Part shown: positions 36,539-50,307 of the stretch, piece after piece
How positions within the stretch are numbered: position 1 is the stretch's first letter
Layout: every line of letters starts with the position of its first letter
Assembly: GCF_036321535.1 (NCBI RefSeq)
Contig: NC_087441.1
Span: forward strand, 19,530,001 to 19,594,000
Reading direction: 5' to 3'
DNA length: 64,000 bases
From: Camelus dromedarius
Lineage: Eukaryota
Program-made: the position numbers and the translations under genes
Notes under the pieces: model-generated
What the model was told of the DNA's origin: nothing
What the model saw: only the letters and a program-made list of their open reading frames with translations
Database searches by the model: none

Positions 36539-39500
36539 CTGAAAAAGAACAGAGACCAGGTGACACAGATTCTTATCATCACCCCTCAATAGTTGCAGTA
36601 TTCGCTTTGTCTTCAGTAGGAAAATGGAGACTGTAAATTCCTAGCAGAAGTGCCACAGCAGAGAGCAGTCTATGGCTCGCCTAAGAGGTAGAAAAAGACC
36701 TGGAAACATGCCGTCCGTCAACTGCTCCCTTGATTTTTCTTCTGTACCTTAATTTTTGAAATTGTATTTCATTTTTGCCTGTTACAGGAAATTATAGAAA
36801 AATGTATGGGGAAAAATGGGTATATAAGAAAGGAATCAAAATAACCACTGTTAATATTTTGCTATATGTCTTTTCTTCCTCTTCCTCGTTCACGTTATTT
36901 ATACAGAGTTACGATCAAACTGTGTGACACAATTTTGTTTGGGATTGTAGCATGAGAATTTTTGGTATGCCTTTTAGAAATCCTCCTAAAATATCAGCCC
37001 TGACCATAGCTGCTTAAAACTCCATTTTATGGATGTACCAACATTTATTTAACCAATTCTTGTTCTTGGACATTAAGTAGGAAAAGATTTTCAACTTTTC
37101 ATTTATTAAAAACATCATGATGACTATCTTTTAGAGACACCTTTGTCTCAATGTCTGAAGGTTAAATTACTTTCTTTTTTCAAATTCAGTTTTTACTTTT
37201 TTAATTGAAGTATTGATGGTTTATGATGTTATATTAGTGTCAGGTGTACAACATAGTGATTTCAGTTGTTTTCTTATAGTCAAAGTCTGTAAGTCTATGG
37301 AGATTTTAAGGCTGCTGATACACAACGGTCAATTATGTATATATCAGCAGCAGATTAGGAAATGCAGCCAAATAAGCTTCCAGAAAGGATGTACTGGTTT
37401 GTATCAGTAGTGCATGGATTTAGATACTATGTTTGAAGATAGCCTCCAGAGAAGCTGCGTGGACCATTTCCATTTGTTCTCCAAGCCCAGTGGCCACTCT
37501 AAATACTCAGCTCAGTGGGCCAGGATGGGGATAAAACGTCTCCCCACCATATGGTAAGAAGAAAGGAAAGCTGAGTATCCTTGGTATTGAAATTTGGTGG
37601 ACAGATATACGGGAAAAAGAGCTTCTTAGGTAAAACTGGGCCAGGATACAGATTTACCTTCCGACACTGGAGAGTTTCCCGAGGGTGAGAAGATGGCAGG
37701 ACTGAGAACTGAACCATCAGCAAGTTTGGATACTATTTAGTACCTCCTTAATGGCCACGAAAGAATCTCTGTTCTGCTCTTGCTGCAGAGTTTGCATGTT
37801 CAAGGAAAAGGCAGGAAACTGAATGTTAACGATTTTCAAACTCTAATAAGTATTGTAGCAAAATGGAACCAGGTGACAGACAGGCCTTGGTGGGAAAAGA
37901 CATGGTGGGAATATCAAGGTGAAAGTCTTTCTAGCAACTTATTGTTTATATTCATAATAAAAAGAGACAGGATCTTGTAAGAAATAAGAAGACACTGGAA
38001 ATCCTTTGCCTTAAACTTTCTCCTCTATGTAACTGTTCTGACTGCCAGTGCATTGTAATTAGACTATGTTATGCCTAGAATATCAGGTGGGTGATTCCAC
38101 AGCTGGGTAGCTTTCTATTTCCTTATCCTTTGCTTCTCTATTATTGTTTTAAAACAGTATAACTAGCTCTGAAGGGAACCACACAAAATTTACATGTGTG
38201 TTGATACAAAGACAATATGCATTTTAAAGATCTATTTTATTTTTTTTTCCCCATTATTATCTAGTCACCTCAGATGACATCAGCCTGGAATTTCACCAAC
38301 AATTTGAGATGCCAACAATAGTTTTACAAGGGTGCATTCCTATAAAATTCAGATATATAGTTAGCAATAAGGCCAAGTCTTAGCAAATCTTAGAAAAATC
38401 CCTGCAAATCAAACTTTTGTGCTGAAGGTAGTGCTGACTCTCATAGCCTGTGTGGGTTACAGAATGATGATATTATTTTTGACTTATTAATGTTAAAAAA
38501 TATCCAAGCTCTACCTTTTCCTCCATTGCTCCAAACTGAGTAAAAAAATCACCCATTTTCTATAACATTATATAAGTTCAAATAACTAATCTGAATATTC
38601 TCGTCCAGCTATCCAGTTATCATTATGTTACCTAGTCTTCTTGTTGATGATCAGATGTCATGCCTAGAGGGGTTAAGATATACTTTGATGATGCCAGACA
38701 AAAAAACCTTTTTGAAAAATGAAAATCTTTCTAGGTCACTTCACTGGCATTATCACCACTAAAAATGAGCTACCTGTTCCATTAATGACATAGCCCAGGA
38801 CAAAGGATCTTTCTGTGGCTGGCTACACCTATGGCAGTTTGGCCAGCGGCAAATTCGATATGAGGGTAACAGCTTACCATTCAGAATTTTCAGGCACTGA
38901 AGAATGTATGTTTCCCTTTTAAATAATTTGTAATACAAAGTACATTTACTGATAAACATTATACAGTTACAAAAGTAAAAATTGTGCAATAATATTTATA
39001 ACAAACATAAATGTTTCCCTGCAGGTAGCTAAAATTTTATGAACTGAAGAAAAAGGTTAAAAAAAAAATCCACGAATGATCTTGCTGAATCTCTAAGTAA
39101 CCTGTGGCAGCTAGTTGTGACTCAAAAGCTGTAGCAGCAAGAGGGATAATTATTTTAGAACCAGGAGTATAATAAATTCAGATCTAAACCACTCCCAGGC
39201 AAACTCTGCTTCAATGACTTAAGGACCAGGAAGCAAGTACTCAACTCCATTTAAGACCATCAGCTGCACAAGAATGGTTATCTTCTGTTTTGTTCACCGT
39301 GGCGTTTGTGAACTTAAAAAAGAGCCAGGCACATAGGAGGCGCTCAATAAATATTTATGGAGATAATTTAATCTTCAAAGTAACATCTTAAGGGGGAGTT
39401 ACTAACTCTATTCTGCAGATGAGCTAACCGAGACTTGGAAAAGGTAACGATCTTGCCCCAGTCACAGAGCTACTGTCTGGAGAGGGTTCAAGACTAGTTC

Positions 39501-40919
39501 TGTTTGTCTCCAAATCCCGGGCTCTCTTTTCTATATTAGAATTATGTCTTTAAAAGATATTAGAGTTAAATCATCTTTGACTCAATAACCCTGAGGGAGT
39601 GCATGACTGAAGATCACTTATGTTGTCTCTCAACAGACCAGAACTAATTTTTGGTTGAGATCAAAGTAAACAAAAAGATCTTCATATTTTACTAAATGTG
39701 TTCTTCCCTGTGGCATATACATTCTGAATACTATTATATGCAGGAAGGGACCCACAAATGCAAGGTGCCTGCAAAAGTCAAAAGTCCTAGTGCAGCTCTG
39801 TCACATACTACCTGATTTAAAAAAAACAAAAAAAAACTGTTTTCTTAGTCAATTCACATTTTTTAAAAATAAATATATTTAAAGGAAAACTTACACGATT
39901 TATAAACTCTCATAAATGGAATATCATAACTGGAAGATAACCACAAAAACAAATACAATGAAAATCTAATTGATCTTAATAAAGGTTTGATAGATAGGTT
40001 ATCCTGTTTGACTCTGAGGCTGCTCTGTGTGTGTTAAGCAGGGATGTTAATAAGTATTAGAGGCGCATTAAAGACACACTAGAATGAAACAGAGACTCTC
40101 CTAAATGGAAACAGAAGGATTTAAAGATAATTGAGAGGGAATTAACTTTTCACCAGCTGGTTCAATAATGCCAGCCCCCTGCGCCACATAAATTATCTTG
40201 CATAACATCTGAGCCACACAGTCTATCCCCTGAAACAGATTATTTATAAATGGTAGCTGTACCTTCTAACTGCTAAAATATTTCATTCAGAAACAGGTGT
40301 CCTTCTGCCAAAAAAAATGGAGAGATGGATGAGTAGGAAGTTTAGGTATTGATAGAGGAATTTGATGGTATTTAACAAGTTTAAAGAAATGGATTTGGAC
40401 TACACCAGGATGATCTGGACTACACCAGAATGATCTGGACTTGCCATGGGGAAAAACGTTTTGATTATCTGTGATGGCATTCAGTAGCCTATAAACTAAA
40501 AGGAAGTTTTAGAGTAAACTTTGCTGAGGAATAAACAGAAGGGTAAAAACATATGCGGTGTGATGGTACAAATTCTGGTGAGTAGGGCGGATGCAAAAGG
40601 GGGCGGCTCACGATTATCTTAGAGCTCAAGAATCTATGGTTGTAGCCAGAGTGTATGGTGCAAAGAATATTAAACGAGATTTGAAGACTATGTTCACTGC
40701 CATTTCTCTGGTCCTTCTTTTTTCTCCAAAATATTTTTTGAATAGAAGGGTACTGCTCCCATACCATATGAACAGAGACAAAAATCGTTTCTTTCTTGGA
40801 AGCAAAACCAGCTTTTGAACATGAGATGAGCCAGACCAGCCCCTGCCTAGCTGGATAATAAGAGAGCTGGCAGCCCCATGCCCACTTATTTGCATCTGGA
40901 GGGCACAGGCAGACCTCCG

Positions 40920-41062
40920 GGAGTGTTCTCAGACTAATGTATGCATCAAATCGCCAGATGAACTTGTTAAAAATGAGATTGCTGTGTAGAGCTCCTGGGA
41001 CATCTGGTTTTTCGGGACATGGGGTAGTGCTCATGGTGGTCCCCATGTTGGTAGACCACAAT
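40920..41062. mobile_element. MER5-like hAT MITE fragment
   Basis: gttctcagactaatgtatgcatcaaatcgccagatgaacttgttaaaaatgagattgctg...ttggtagaccac. Confidence 0.6.
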
Positions 41063-41152
41063 TCTTGCCTTCATGATTGTCAGGATATCAAGGTTTTCTT
41101 ATAACCCAAGACAACTTTTGATCATAAATAAAAAGTTGAAGGTTGGCTGTGT

Positions 41153-41156
<4 letters not shown>

Positions 41157-41187
<31 letters not shown>
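41157..41187. repeat. (GT)~15 microsatellite
   Basis: Perfect GT run. Confidence 0.97.
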
Positions 41188-41188
<1 letters not shown>

Positions 41189-43599
41189 ATGTGTCTCTGA
41201 GCACCTGCATTCTTGTAGGTACCTGGCTGCAGGCAGGGCTAGAGATATGACCAGACTTGCCTGGGAGGATGGAGTAAGGGAGAGTCCCTAGGATGTCCTA
41301 ACAATTTACAGGTATATCATAAATAAAAATAAACTACAGAAAACTGCTTTGGGTTACAAGAAGTTGTACACTCCATATCGCAACGTGAATGTTTTGTTTG
41401 CTGTCCCCCTCCCCAACCACCTCTGAAGTAAAAAAGGATTAAAAAAGAAAATTTTATTCTATAATAAAGCAAGAAGGAATTTCCAAGTTTGAAGAGAAAG
41501 CCCATTGTATTAGCAAAATCTGATCTAAAATGATAGAAAGGGTGACAGGAGAAAGATGAGTCAAAAAAAAAAAAAAAAAGTCACAAAACACTGACTGATC
41601 CTAACCTTTGCAAAACTTCTGGGCTCTCTGAATAAGTCAGATGTTTGATGAATACAGGGAAAAGCAGGGTCAGGAGGCGCGTGCCCAGAACTGGGGTGGA
41701 GCTCCCCAGGGGGCAACGGTAAATTCAGAGTCAGTGGATGTGGGGAGGTGGTGGTGTCATTCCAAACAGCTTGAAACAAGGCAGATGAAGGTTCTAAAAA
41801 TCCTAAAATTTTAATGCTGAAAACCTGACCAAATTGATTTAATTGTCTCTCGCTCCCTTCACAGTGGAGATAATTTTGTGCTTTGAATGACAGAAAATTG
41901 CCCATTTCAACCTCGGTAGGTTCCAGCCTCCAGGAGTCAAAGGGAACTTCCCTTTGTGGTGGGCCTCCCTCTCCTTAAAAGTGCCAGTTTTGGTGTGGTG
42001 TTGCCAGTACAATAGGACATAGAATCTCCCCCCAAAACTACCAGAGCCTTTTAAATTCTGCCTTTTCTGTGTGGTCTTGGATACCTGTTCTTGCTGTCTG
42101 CCCAATCAGTCCAAGATGCGCTTACACATGCATCTCAGAATGAGGTTAGAAATGTGACCTAGGGTCAGAAACTTAGACTCAGATGGAACCAATATTTATT
42201 AAGTGCCAGTACGTTCCAGGCACTTCCAAAACACTTCATGGACTCAGTCCTAAATTTGGGACTCAGCCAGTTCTAACATAAGCCCCAACAGCTCTTAGGA
42301 TATGGTTTTCATAATTAGGCCAAATAAACAAAATAGTGCTACACAATAAACCAAGACATGCACATCTTTGCAATTAAGAGCAAATGATGCGTCATAGAAA
42401 CAATTACCCTAGGACAGTGGCACCATTTTACTGGGCTATTATTTTTGCATTTAAAAAGCATTTTTAATATGACTTGAGGGAAGTTAATATCTCTTGCTGA
42501 ATCTACCTAATGAAGGTATCCACAAGGTGCCAAGGGTCTGTGGCATCATTAGGGTGGCGCCTTCTTTTCAGCCCAGCAGGCTGTGGGCCACCAAAAGGAA
42601 TTCTTTTTGCCAAAGTGATTCCAGAAATAACTCCTGTTGTATCTTTAAACATAACAGTGACTTTAAAGTGACCTAATATTCACTTCTTCCATGAACATTT
42701 AAAGTTAACATTCGTGGTTCCCACAGAATAGCACCTCTAATAACTGCCACAGACAATCAAATGACGACAGTGTCATAAGATACATGCAGACGTGCAGACC
42801 TGTGATGGGGCGGTGGCCGGAGGGACCTGGTCTGCTCCGGCGGCTCAAGGGAAAACTTCACGCAGCAGGAGATATTTGAACTGGGTTTTCATGTGCGACT
42901 GGAGAGTCACAAGCAGAAAAAAGGGTAAAGGAGGAAGTTCATTCACAAGACGAAGGAGAAGCAGCAGTGTGTACAGGCACCTCACGGACCACCAAGGGGA
43001 CTGACACACTGAAGGACATGAGGGAGCATGAAGGATTGAGTCTGGACAGGGCAGACGGGCAGGAGCAATCATGGAGGACTTTTGCGTGCACTTTGTCCTG
43101 TAAGATGCAGAGGTATCTCTTTAGGCTTTAACCCCTTCCGTGAAGTTCAAGGTATATAGCAGTAAGAGAAACATATTTGGATATGAATAGGAGAAAGACC
43201 CGGTGGGGGGCAGTGGGGAGATGGAGTGGAGAGAGGAGAGATTTATCACCAACAAGCTCCTCTCTCCCTCCTTCCCTCTGTCCTACTTGTTCTCGATTCT
43301 CTCCAAGACTTTCTTCCAGGTCTTCCTCAGCCTCCCATCTCGCCTTCCTCTCTGCAGCCTCCTCACCTACAATTTCCCCCTTTCTATTCTCCTCTTTCAC
43401 TTTAATAAACACCATCATACTGAAACAGCACAGGGGAAAGAATAGAGAAGAAAGCTGGTCTTTATTTCTGGCAAATACATGTATTTGACAGGTAAACACG
43501 GCAGTACGACTTCTTTTATCCCCCTGTGTTTTGTGTTGCTTCCCCCATCATTAATTTATATGCAGAAATGCTGAACACACCGGAATAAGAATGGCTACC

Positions 43600-43830
43600 A
43601 TTCATTCAGCTCCTAATACATAAGCTCAGTTTTATGCTAAACATTTTCTACTGGCATCATATTTAATTTACACAGCAACTCAAATGAAATAGGTATTTTC
43701 ACCTTCATTGCATAAACGAGGCAATGGAGGAACAGAGGGACTAATTCATCAGAGGTCACACAGAGCTAGTATAGGGAACAGTGCCATGAGCCTTAGACCT
43801 CAGATGGACCACACTCCAAACCTGTGTTTT
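43600..43830 (-). mobile_element. MIR SINE
   Basis: tttaatttacacagcaac...ataaacgaggcaatggaggaacagaggg...gaggtcacacagagctagt. Confidence 0.7.
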
Positions 43831-46639
43831 TACTGAGTGACACACCCTGCCCCCCAAGCTCGCTTGTGTCTTCATTCATTCAGTGAATGCTTCCTGTACT
43901 GCTTCCATGTGCCACTCACGACTTCAGGTATTTAAATATGTCCCAGAGCAGAGCAGATAAAGATCCTTGCCCCAATAAACTGCTGTTCTTGGGAATGCAT
44001 TTCAATTAGGCTCATACAAACATGGAGTCCCTCAGCTCAGAAAAGACCAAATTCTTTAGGGTTGCATGAGGATTATGTGAGATTCTATAGTGAAAGTGAC
44101 TTGTACGGTCCATGCAAAAAATGACTGAAGTTATTTTGTGAGATCTCTCACTTAAGACAAACTGCTAAATAATACTAATACCTACCGCATGCCAGTCGTC
44201 TATGTGGATGAAGGTCACTCGCATCTCACAGTGATACCCTGAGGCGTACGTTAGCATCCATTCCGTTTTACAGAACCTGAGGCACAGAGAAGTTAAGGAG
44301 GTTGCTGGAGGTTACCAACTGGAAGGTGGTGGATGTGGGCTGAGACCTGGGCAGTTTGGCCTCTGGGCTTACCCTTCAAATGCGATGCTCTGTTGCCTCT
44401 GAAGCACTTGGGGAGATGTGAGGATGGGAGATGGTGGGAGGCAGAATGGGTGTGGGGAAGGGAAACTCCGGCTCTTAGGGCTCTGCCCATGCTTTCTCTC
44501 ACCCACCCACTCACTCATCTTGGGAGGATTCCAGGGGCTGAAGGACGGGTGGCCCTACATTCAAGTTTAAATGGAAGACCAGACTTTCTGGTCCTGTTTG
44601 GGGGGAAGTCCCTGGGTGCTGAGGGCCTCAGGTAGGCAGAGCGGCCGGGAGTGAGAAGCAGCCCAGGCCCCTGACACAGACAGGTGCTCTCTGAGATGCT
44701 GTTTGCGCTGGTTTCTTGTCTTTTCTTTGGCCAACTCTCCTTGAAAGCATTTGGAAAGCATTTTAGGGGGTTAGTTGGAGAGTGGGAGAGTGATGGGAGG
44801 TGGGTTAGAGGCAGAAGGCAGGGAAGGGAAGAGTCATCAAGTGTCCCTGCGATCAGTACAATATAAAACCTTCTTAGCGACTGTGACACATGGTCAAGTT
44901 TAGGGAGCAAGCAGAGGAAAATGAACTTGTTGCTAGGAGTGCTCTGAAATCGAAAAAGATACTTAAAAAATAAGAAACAAGAATTTCAATGTTAATCACA
45001 TGCATCTCAAAAATTATTTAGAGCTCCACAGAATCCACTCATCCGGGTCCTTCTTCCTCCTCTAAGTTCAGAGTATTCTTCTGATCATTTGATTCCCTTC
45101 TCTAAAACCTTCTCCCTCTCTTCAGAACAAAGTCCATATTTCTCAGCATTGCCTTCAGAGACACATACTATAGGACACAGCCTGCTTTTCTAGACTAATC
45201 TCCTACTGCTCTGCACTGGAACTTCACTGTTCCACCAGAAGGCCTTACAAGGCCACGCCTTTGCTCGTGCTCTTCTCTAAGACTGTAATCTCCCGGTGTC
45301 TGGGACCTACTTCTCAGTATACACTTAAGGCAGAGCCATATTCTGCTCATCAGAGAATAATCTCTCACAGATCTCTGCCCCTTCCCAGTTAGGTGGGGCC
45401 GCTGGGACGAGTTCTGGTCAATGGGCTATTATTAACAGGAGAAATGTGGATATTTGTAGGCCAATGCTGGTGTGATGAAGAATATTAATATGCCACATAA
45501 TGCTATAGTTAACACAAAGGAAGGGGACCTGCTGCGTTGGGAACACTTCTTTAGGGAGAAGGAATAAGCTTTACTGACCACTGGATGCTCAGTTCCCTGC
45601 TCCATGCAGGGAACTTAACAGGGTCTCAACAAACCTTCGTTCAAGGACCACCATAGTATGACTCTCCCTTAGGTAAATCCTGTTTTTCCATTCGTTTTAT
45701 TATTTAAAAAATTCTGGCAATTTAAGATGAACTAAAAAAAATAAATTCCTGGATGCAATATGTAAGTAAAAGAATACATTTATCTTGAACAGACAAAAAT
45801 TATAATTTTCTATTACAGAAAGGGAGGGAACTACTTTGCTCCAAATCATATTCATCTGTGACTAAGTCGCCCAACTAAAGCTGCATATTCGCAAAATATA
45901 CAGAGTCATTAATTTTTTGAAGTGAGAAAATAGTAACACATTTCCATCAACTTTTATAATTCCGTCACACGCCTCCATCACAGGGCACAAACAGATTTCA
46001 GTGATCGTGAAGAAGCTTCTTCACCGAGTCTTCAAATACAATGATTTCAAATGTTTTAATTTAGCCTTGTTTATGATAAAATAAATGTTATTCTGATTGA
46101 TTGGCAAACGTCTACTAGCAGCAATAAGAGCAATTATGCTTGACATGAAGCTATTATAAAATCTATAACCCAAACCTTTAAAGGCCCAATTTGAAATGTC
46201 AAATTTGACTTATGAGAACCAGTTATAATCCTGCTTCATGCAAAAAGCATTAGGTTAATGCTGGAGCAAAGTACTGTTGCCAAGGGTGCGCTGGCATAAT
46301 TAATCAGGGATATTTCAGAAAAGAATCGTCTCCAAGAGGTTATTGATTTACTGTCAGGACATGTTTTCTCTTACGGCTGCGATGGTGCACTGGAGCTGGG
46401 ATGCACTGGCATGCATTTTTCAGTGACTAAGCCTTGATCTGTCCTCCTGGATTCCTGCCATCCTCACTGACATCTGCAAACACTCACATTTGACAGCCTC
46501 ATGCCTGAGCCTGGTGACTTCCAAGTTGATTAGGATTAGTTCAGAGGGGTTTTGGACTAGACTGAGTGTAATCGAAAGCAGAGAGCCGTGAGTCTCCAGA
46601 GAGTGACATGCACCCTGCCAGTGGCATCATGCTAACAGA

Positions 46640-46915
46640 GAACGTACATATGCACACACACACACACACAAACACACACCCATGCATACACACAAACACA
46701 CATATCCATGCATAGACACATGCAAATACACACCTATTGCAAACATATCCATGTACATATACCTCAGCACATGCCAACACATCTATGCAAACACACACTC
46801 ACATGTACACACATGCACACACCCACACATACCTGTGCAAACACATGCACACACCCATGCACACATGCCCGTGCATACACACATGCAAATGCACACCCAC
46901 ACCCACACTCACACC
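46640..46915. repeat. Degenerate CA-rich low-complexity repeat
   Basis: ~270 bp of cacacacatgcacac-type units. Confidence 0.9.
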
Positions 46916-47689
46916 AATGTAGTAAAGGAAGGGGGAAGCGTCCAGTTTTAGTCTTGAAGTTTATCTCTTATCTATGAAACTAAATTCAAGCTTTTACAGA
47001 GGCACTATTTAACACATATAAAAGCAGCTATAACGTAGCTCTTTTTTACAAGGATTCCATGACAGAAGGTAATACTGTCAGAAGGAGCCTTTACAGCACA
47101 AAATATTTAAATGTTGTCCCAAAGATGATAGGGGAATGTCAAGGGAGAAAGAGGCAGTTCAGCTCACAGCTCAAAATTTTTTCTCTGTAGCCTCTTAATT
47201 TGACTTTGCAGACAGAAAAGGACCCACTTTCTACACAAGGCACTGTTGATGGTGATAGACGTTGGGTGGGCAGACAGTAGGTACTGGATGGAGGGAGGCC
47301 TCTAAGAAATGGGTAACATCTCTGTTACCCTGGGGACAGTACATCAAGTTCAATGTTCAAGTGGCATCTCCTTGCACATTCTGTGTCTCACTTAGGCTGC
47401 ACTGACGATTATATGGTCAGCACTGAGTCTAGACTCTAGTCACTGCACAGGCTCTGCTCGCAGTGGAGGGGTAGAGAGAAGGCAGAGCCAGGAAGCCATT
47501 CACCATTAGCTGGTTAAATAACTTTGAGCCCACAGGAGCCTTTCTGGACCCCAGCCTCTTCATCTGTAAGAGTCTTCAGCAGTTGCCAGTAGGGACCCCG
47601 TTCAAGTCTTGGGAATCTGTGTCCATATCCCTGATGATACATTTCTGCATCCAGGGTTTATATCTGCCCTTCCTTTCTCCCTCTCTCGC

Positions 47690-48400
47690 TGTGTAAACTT
47701 GCAATTTAACTATAACATATATACAGGAAAGTGTACCAGTGATGTGTCCAGAGGATGAATGTTCACAAAGGAAACTCACTCTCATAACCAGCACCCAGAT
47801 CAAGAAACAGAGCACAAGTACCTGAGAATATCCCCCTCCTACCTCTTCTTGTCACAACTAACCCCCTGCAAGGCGACCACTAATCTGACTTCGAGCACCA
47901 CAGAGGAGCTTGTCTGATTTTGAAATTTATATAAATGCAATGATACAGTGTGTATATTTTTAGGGCCTGGCTGGTTTTCGCTCAATATGACATTTGTGGG
48001 ATTCATCCCTGTTGAGGCGTGGACTTGCAGGTTTCCATTCTCATTGCTGTCACTCTACTGTGTGTCTGCAACACAATCCACTCATTCAGTCTGCTGTTAA
48101 GGCCGCTGCCATGCTTTCCAGTTTGAATCATTTAGGAAACACGCTGCTATGACAATTGTTGTGCATTCTTCTTTTGGTGAACTATGTTTGCATTTTTCTT
48201 GGGTTTATACTAAGGAGACAAATTGCAGGACATGAAATTGGGTGTTCATCTTTAACAGATAATGCCAAAGGATTTTCCATCAGCAGCAGATAGAGTTCAC
48301 TGGTTCCATGTCTGTGTCAACTCTTGATATCAACTGTCTTTTTTATTTCAGTCATTCTCATGCTTGAATTTTAAATGACAGTGTTTTCTTCCTAACATAT
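47690..48400 (-). mobile_element. Ancient L1 3' fragment (L1MC4/L1ME class)
   Basis: accagcacccagatcaagaaacagagca; ttttgaaatttatataaatgcaatgatacagt; ttccagtttgaatcatttagg. Confidence 0.75.
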
Positions 48401-48439
48401 ATCACTTTTGGACCCAAGCTACCCAGACTGCCAGAAGGG

Positions 48440-48876
48440 TGCCAGGCAGGTTCCCCGTGGAGCAGACTCTGAGATGGGCATCAGTGCACAGAGGTTTACG
48501 AGGGGGTTTCTGAGCATCAGTGCCTGTCTGGGGAAAAGCAGGAAGTGGTACAGAGCAGAGGGAGGAGTGATGCGGTCTCAACAGAGGCCTTAGGTGACCC
48601 CACCAGGAGCTCTGAATCTAGGCTGGCCCTTCAGGGTTGCCCCAAATTGCGGTACATGGGCCAGGTCTTGTAGACCTAGCGGGGACCGGTTATGGGATGT
48701 GGCTGCCCCAGGGAAGGGGGCCTGACTTTTAGCAAGGCCACTCTGTTCAGGTGGGAGTGCATCCTGGTGAGGACTTCAGTGAGGAGCTGAGGAAGCAGTG
48801 CCCCAGCTGCTGGGGGAGCAAGTCCTTCAGTCCCCAAAGGGGACCTGCCTAGCACATCCTGGCATCATAGTGCACA
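48440..48876 (-). mobile_element. ERVL LTR (LTR16-like)
   Basis: gcagactctgagatgg...ggcccttcagggttgccccaaattg...gggatgtggctgccccagggaagggg resembles the recalled reverse LTR16 consensus. Confidence 0.7.
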
Positions 48877-50307
48877 CCCACCACCATCATCCCGTGGCCA
48901 GCTCCAACCTATGTGTGTGAAACTCACGCAGGGAACATTCACAATCACGGGAGCCTGACAGCTCACAGTTGTACTGTGGGAATATAAATACACTGATGTT
49001 GTATGACCAACTGTCTTCAGGAGACAAGAAACTGGTCAGTATATGGTAAAACTCCTCACTACCACCTAATTTGGGGGCTATAAAGTCAGCGACTGTAACT
49101 TTATATATGGTTCTGCATGACTAATGAGCCTCCTTGATATGTAACTGGGTTTCTTATTAACTGAGGCATAGCTGGCACTTAACGCTCTTTAAAACTTATC
49201 ATCAGTCCGTAGCTATTCAACAACTTATTCAGCTGAGTAAGGCTGAATAAGGCACATGCTAGACCACTTGTTTTTGGTCACTGTGAATCTGAGGCTCGAG
49301 AAACAATGCCAGTCATACAGATGACGTAAAGCTCTTATTTCCTTGTGAGACAGCACATCTGGGCCGGTGGCGGTGGGGCGGGGGGAGTCCTGGGGGAGGA
49401 TACATGCTCCATGTTCCATATCTCGATCACACAAATGACCTTTGGTTTTATATTTCCTTACAGCCTTTTGTCTTGTTATTTGCACCTACAGGCCCATATT
49501 TTAAATGACTTTATTTGCCAAAAAGTATATTTCAAGTCCTAATCCTCCCCATTTTAATATAACTAATCAAAGATATAAGTTTTGGCCAGCTTCAGATCAG
49601 TATGAGATCAACAGTATTAACTACATTGTGGTCATAGTTCAGCCAAATCAAAGCAATCTGACATTTTCATTAGTCTCTCCAGCCTAATCAAGAGATACAT
49701 TTTTGTAAGCTTACACACAGCTTGTGGACTCTTCCCCGCACCTATTTTGTTGACCCTCTAGGAGTCAGGTCCCCATTCTGCAAATATCTTAGGTAAACAG
49801 AAAAATCCCTGGGGTATGTAGTGATGAGTGGAATTTATGACTCTTCTCCAGGAACCTTTCTCATTGGTGGACCTTCAGGGCCTGTTCATCACGTTTTTGT
49901 CTTCAGGTCAACCCCTTGCTCCAGCCAGCACATCTCCCTGACCCAATATTCCTCTTGCTTTGATAGTCATCAATCCAAGCGTCATGGGAGCCACTAAAGA
50001 AGGAAGCAGGATGAGGTCAGAGCTCACTTGGAGCCTTGAGAATCTTTTCAGTTTCAAGAATTGAAGAGGATGAAGGGAGAATGGATGAGAGAAAGACTGC
50101 TCAAAAGGTATAAAATGAGGAACATTATGGGTTGTGTGAACTAGATGTAACAGCCAGTTCCTGGAATACTGGGGCTTGGAATAAAGTGAGCTGAGGGATG
50201 TAAAAAGCTGTGTGCTGTGCTGCATGAGGATAGGCAGGCAGCTTATGTGTTATGAAAGCAGAACAGACTGGAAGTATAAATGGATTCAGTAAATGTTTTG
50301 GTAAATT

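Noticed and set aside
35873-36589. Long ORFs of 150-207 aa around the gap (and similar ones at other gaps)
   Set aside because: Their length is an artefact of N runs translated as X; only the AIG1 exon 4 portion is real.
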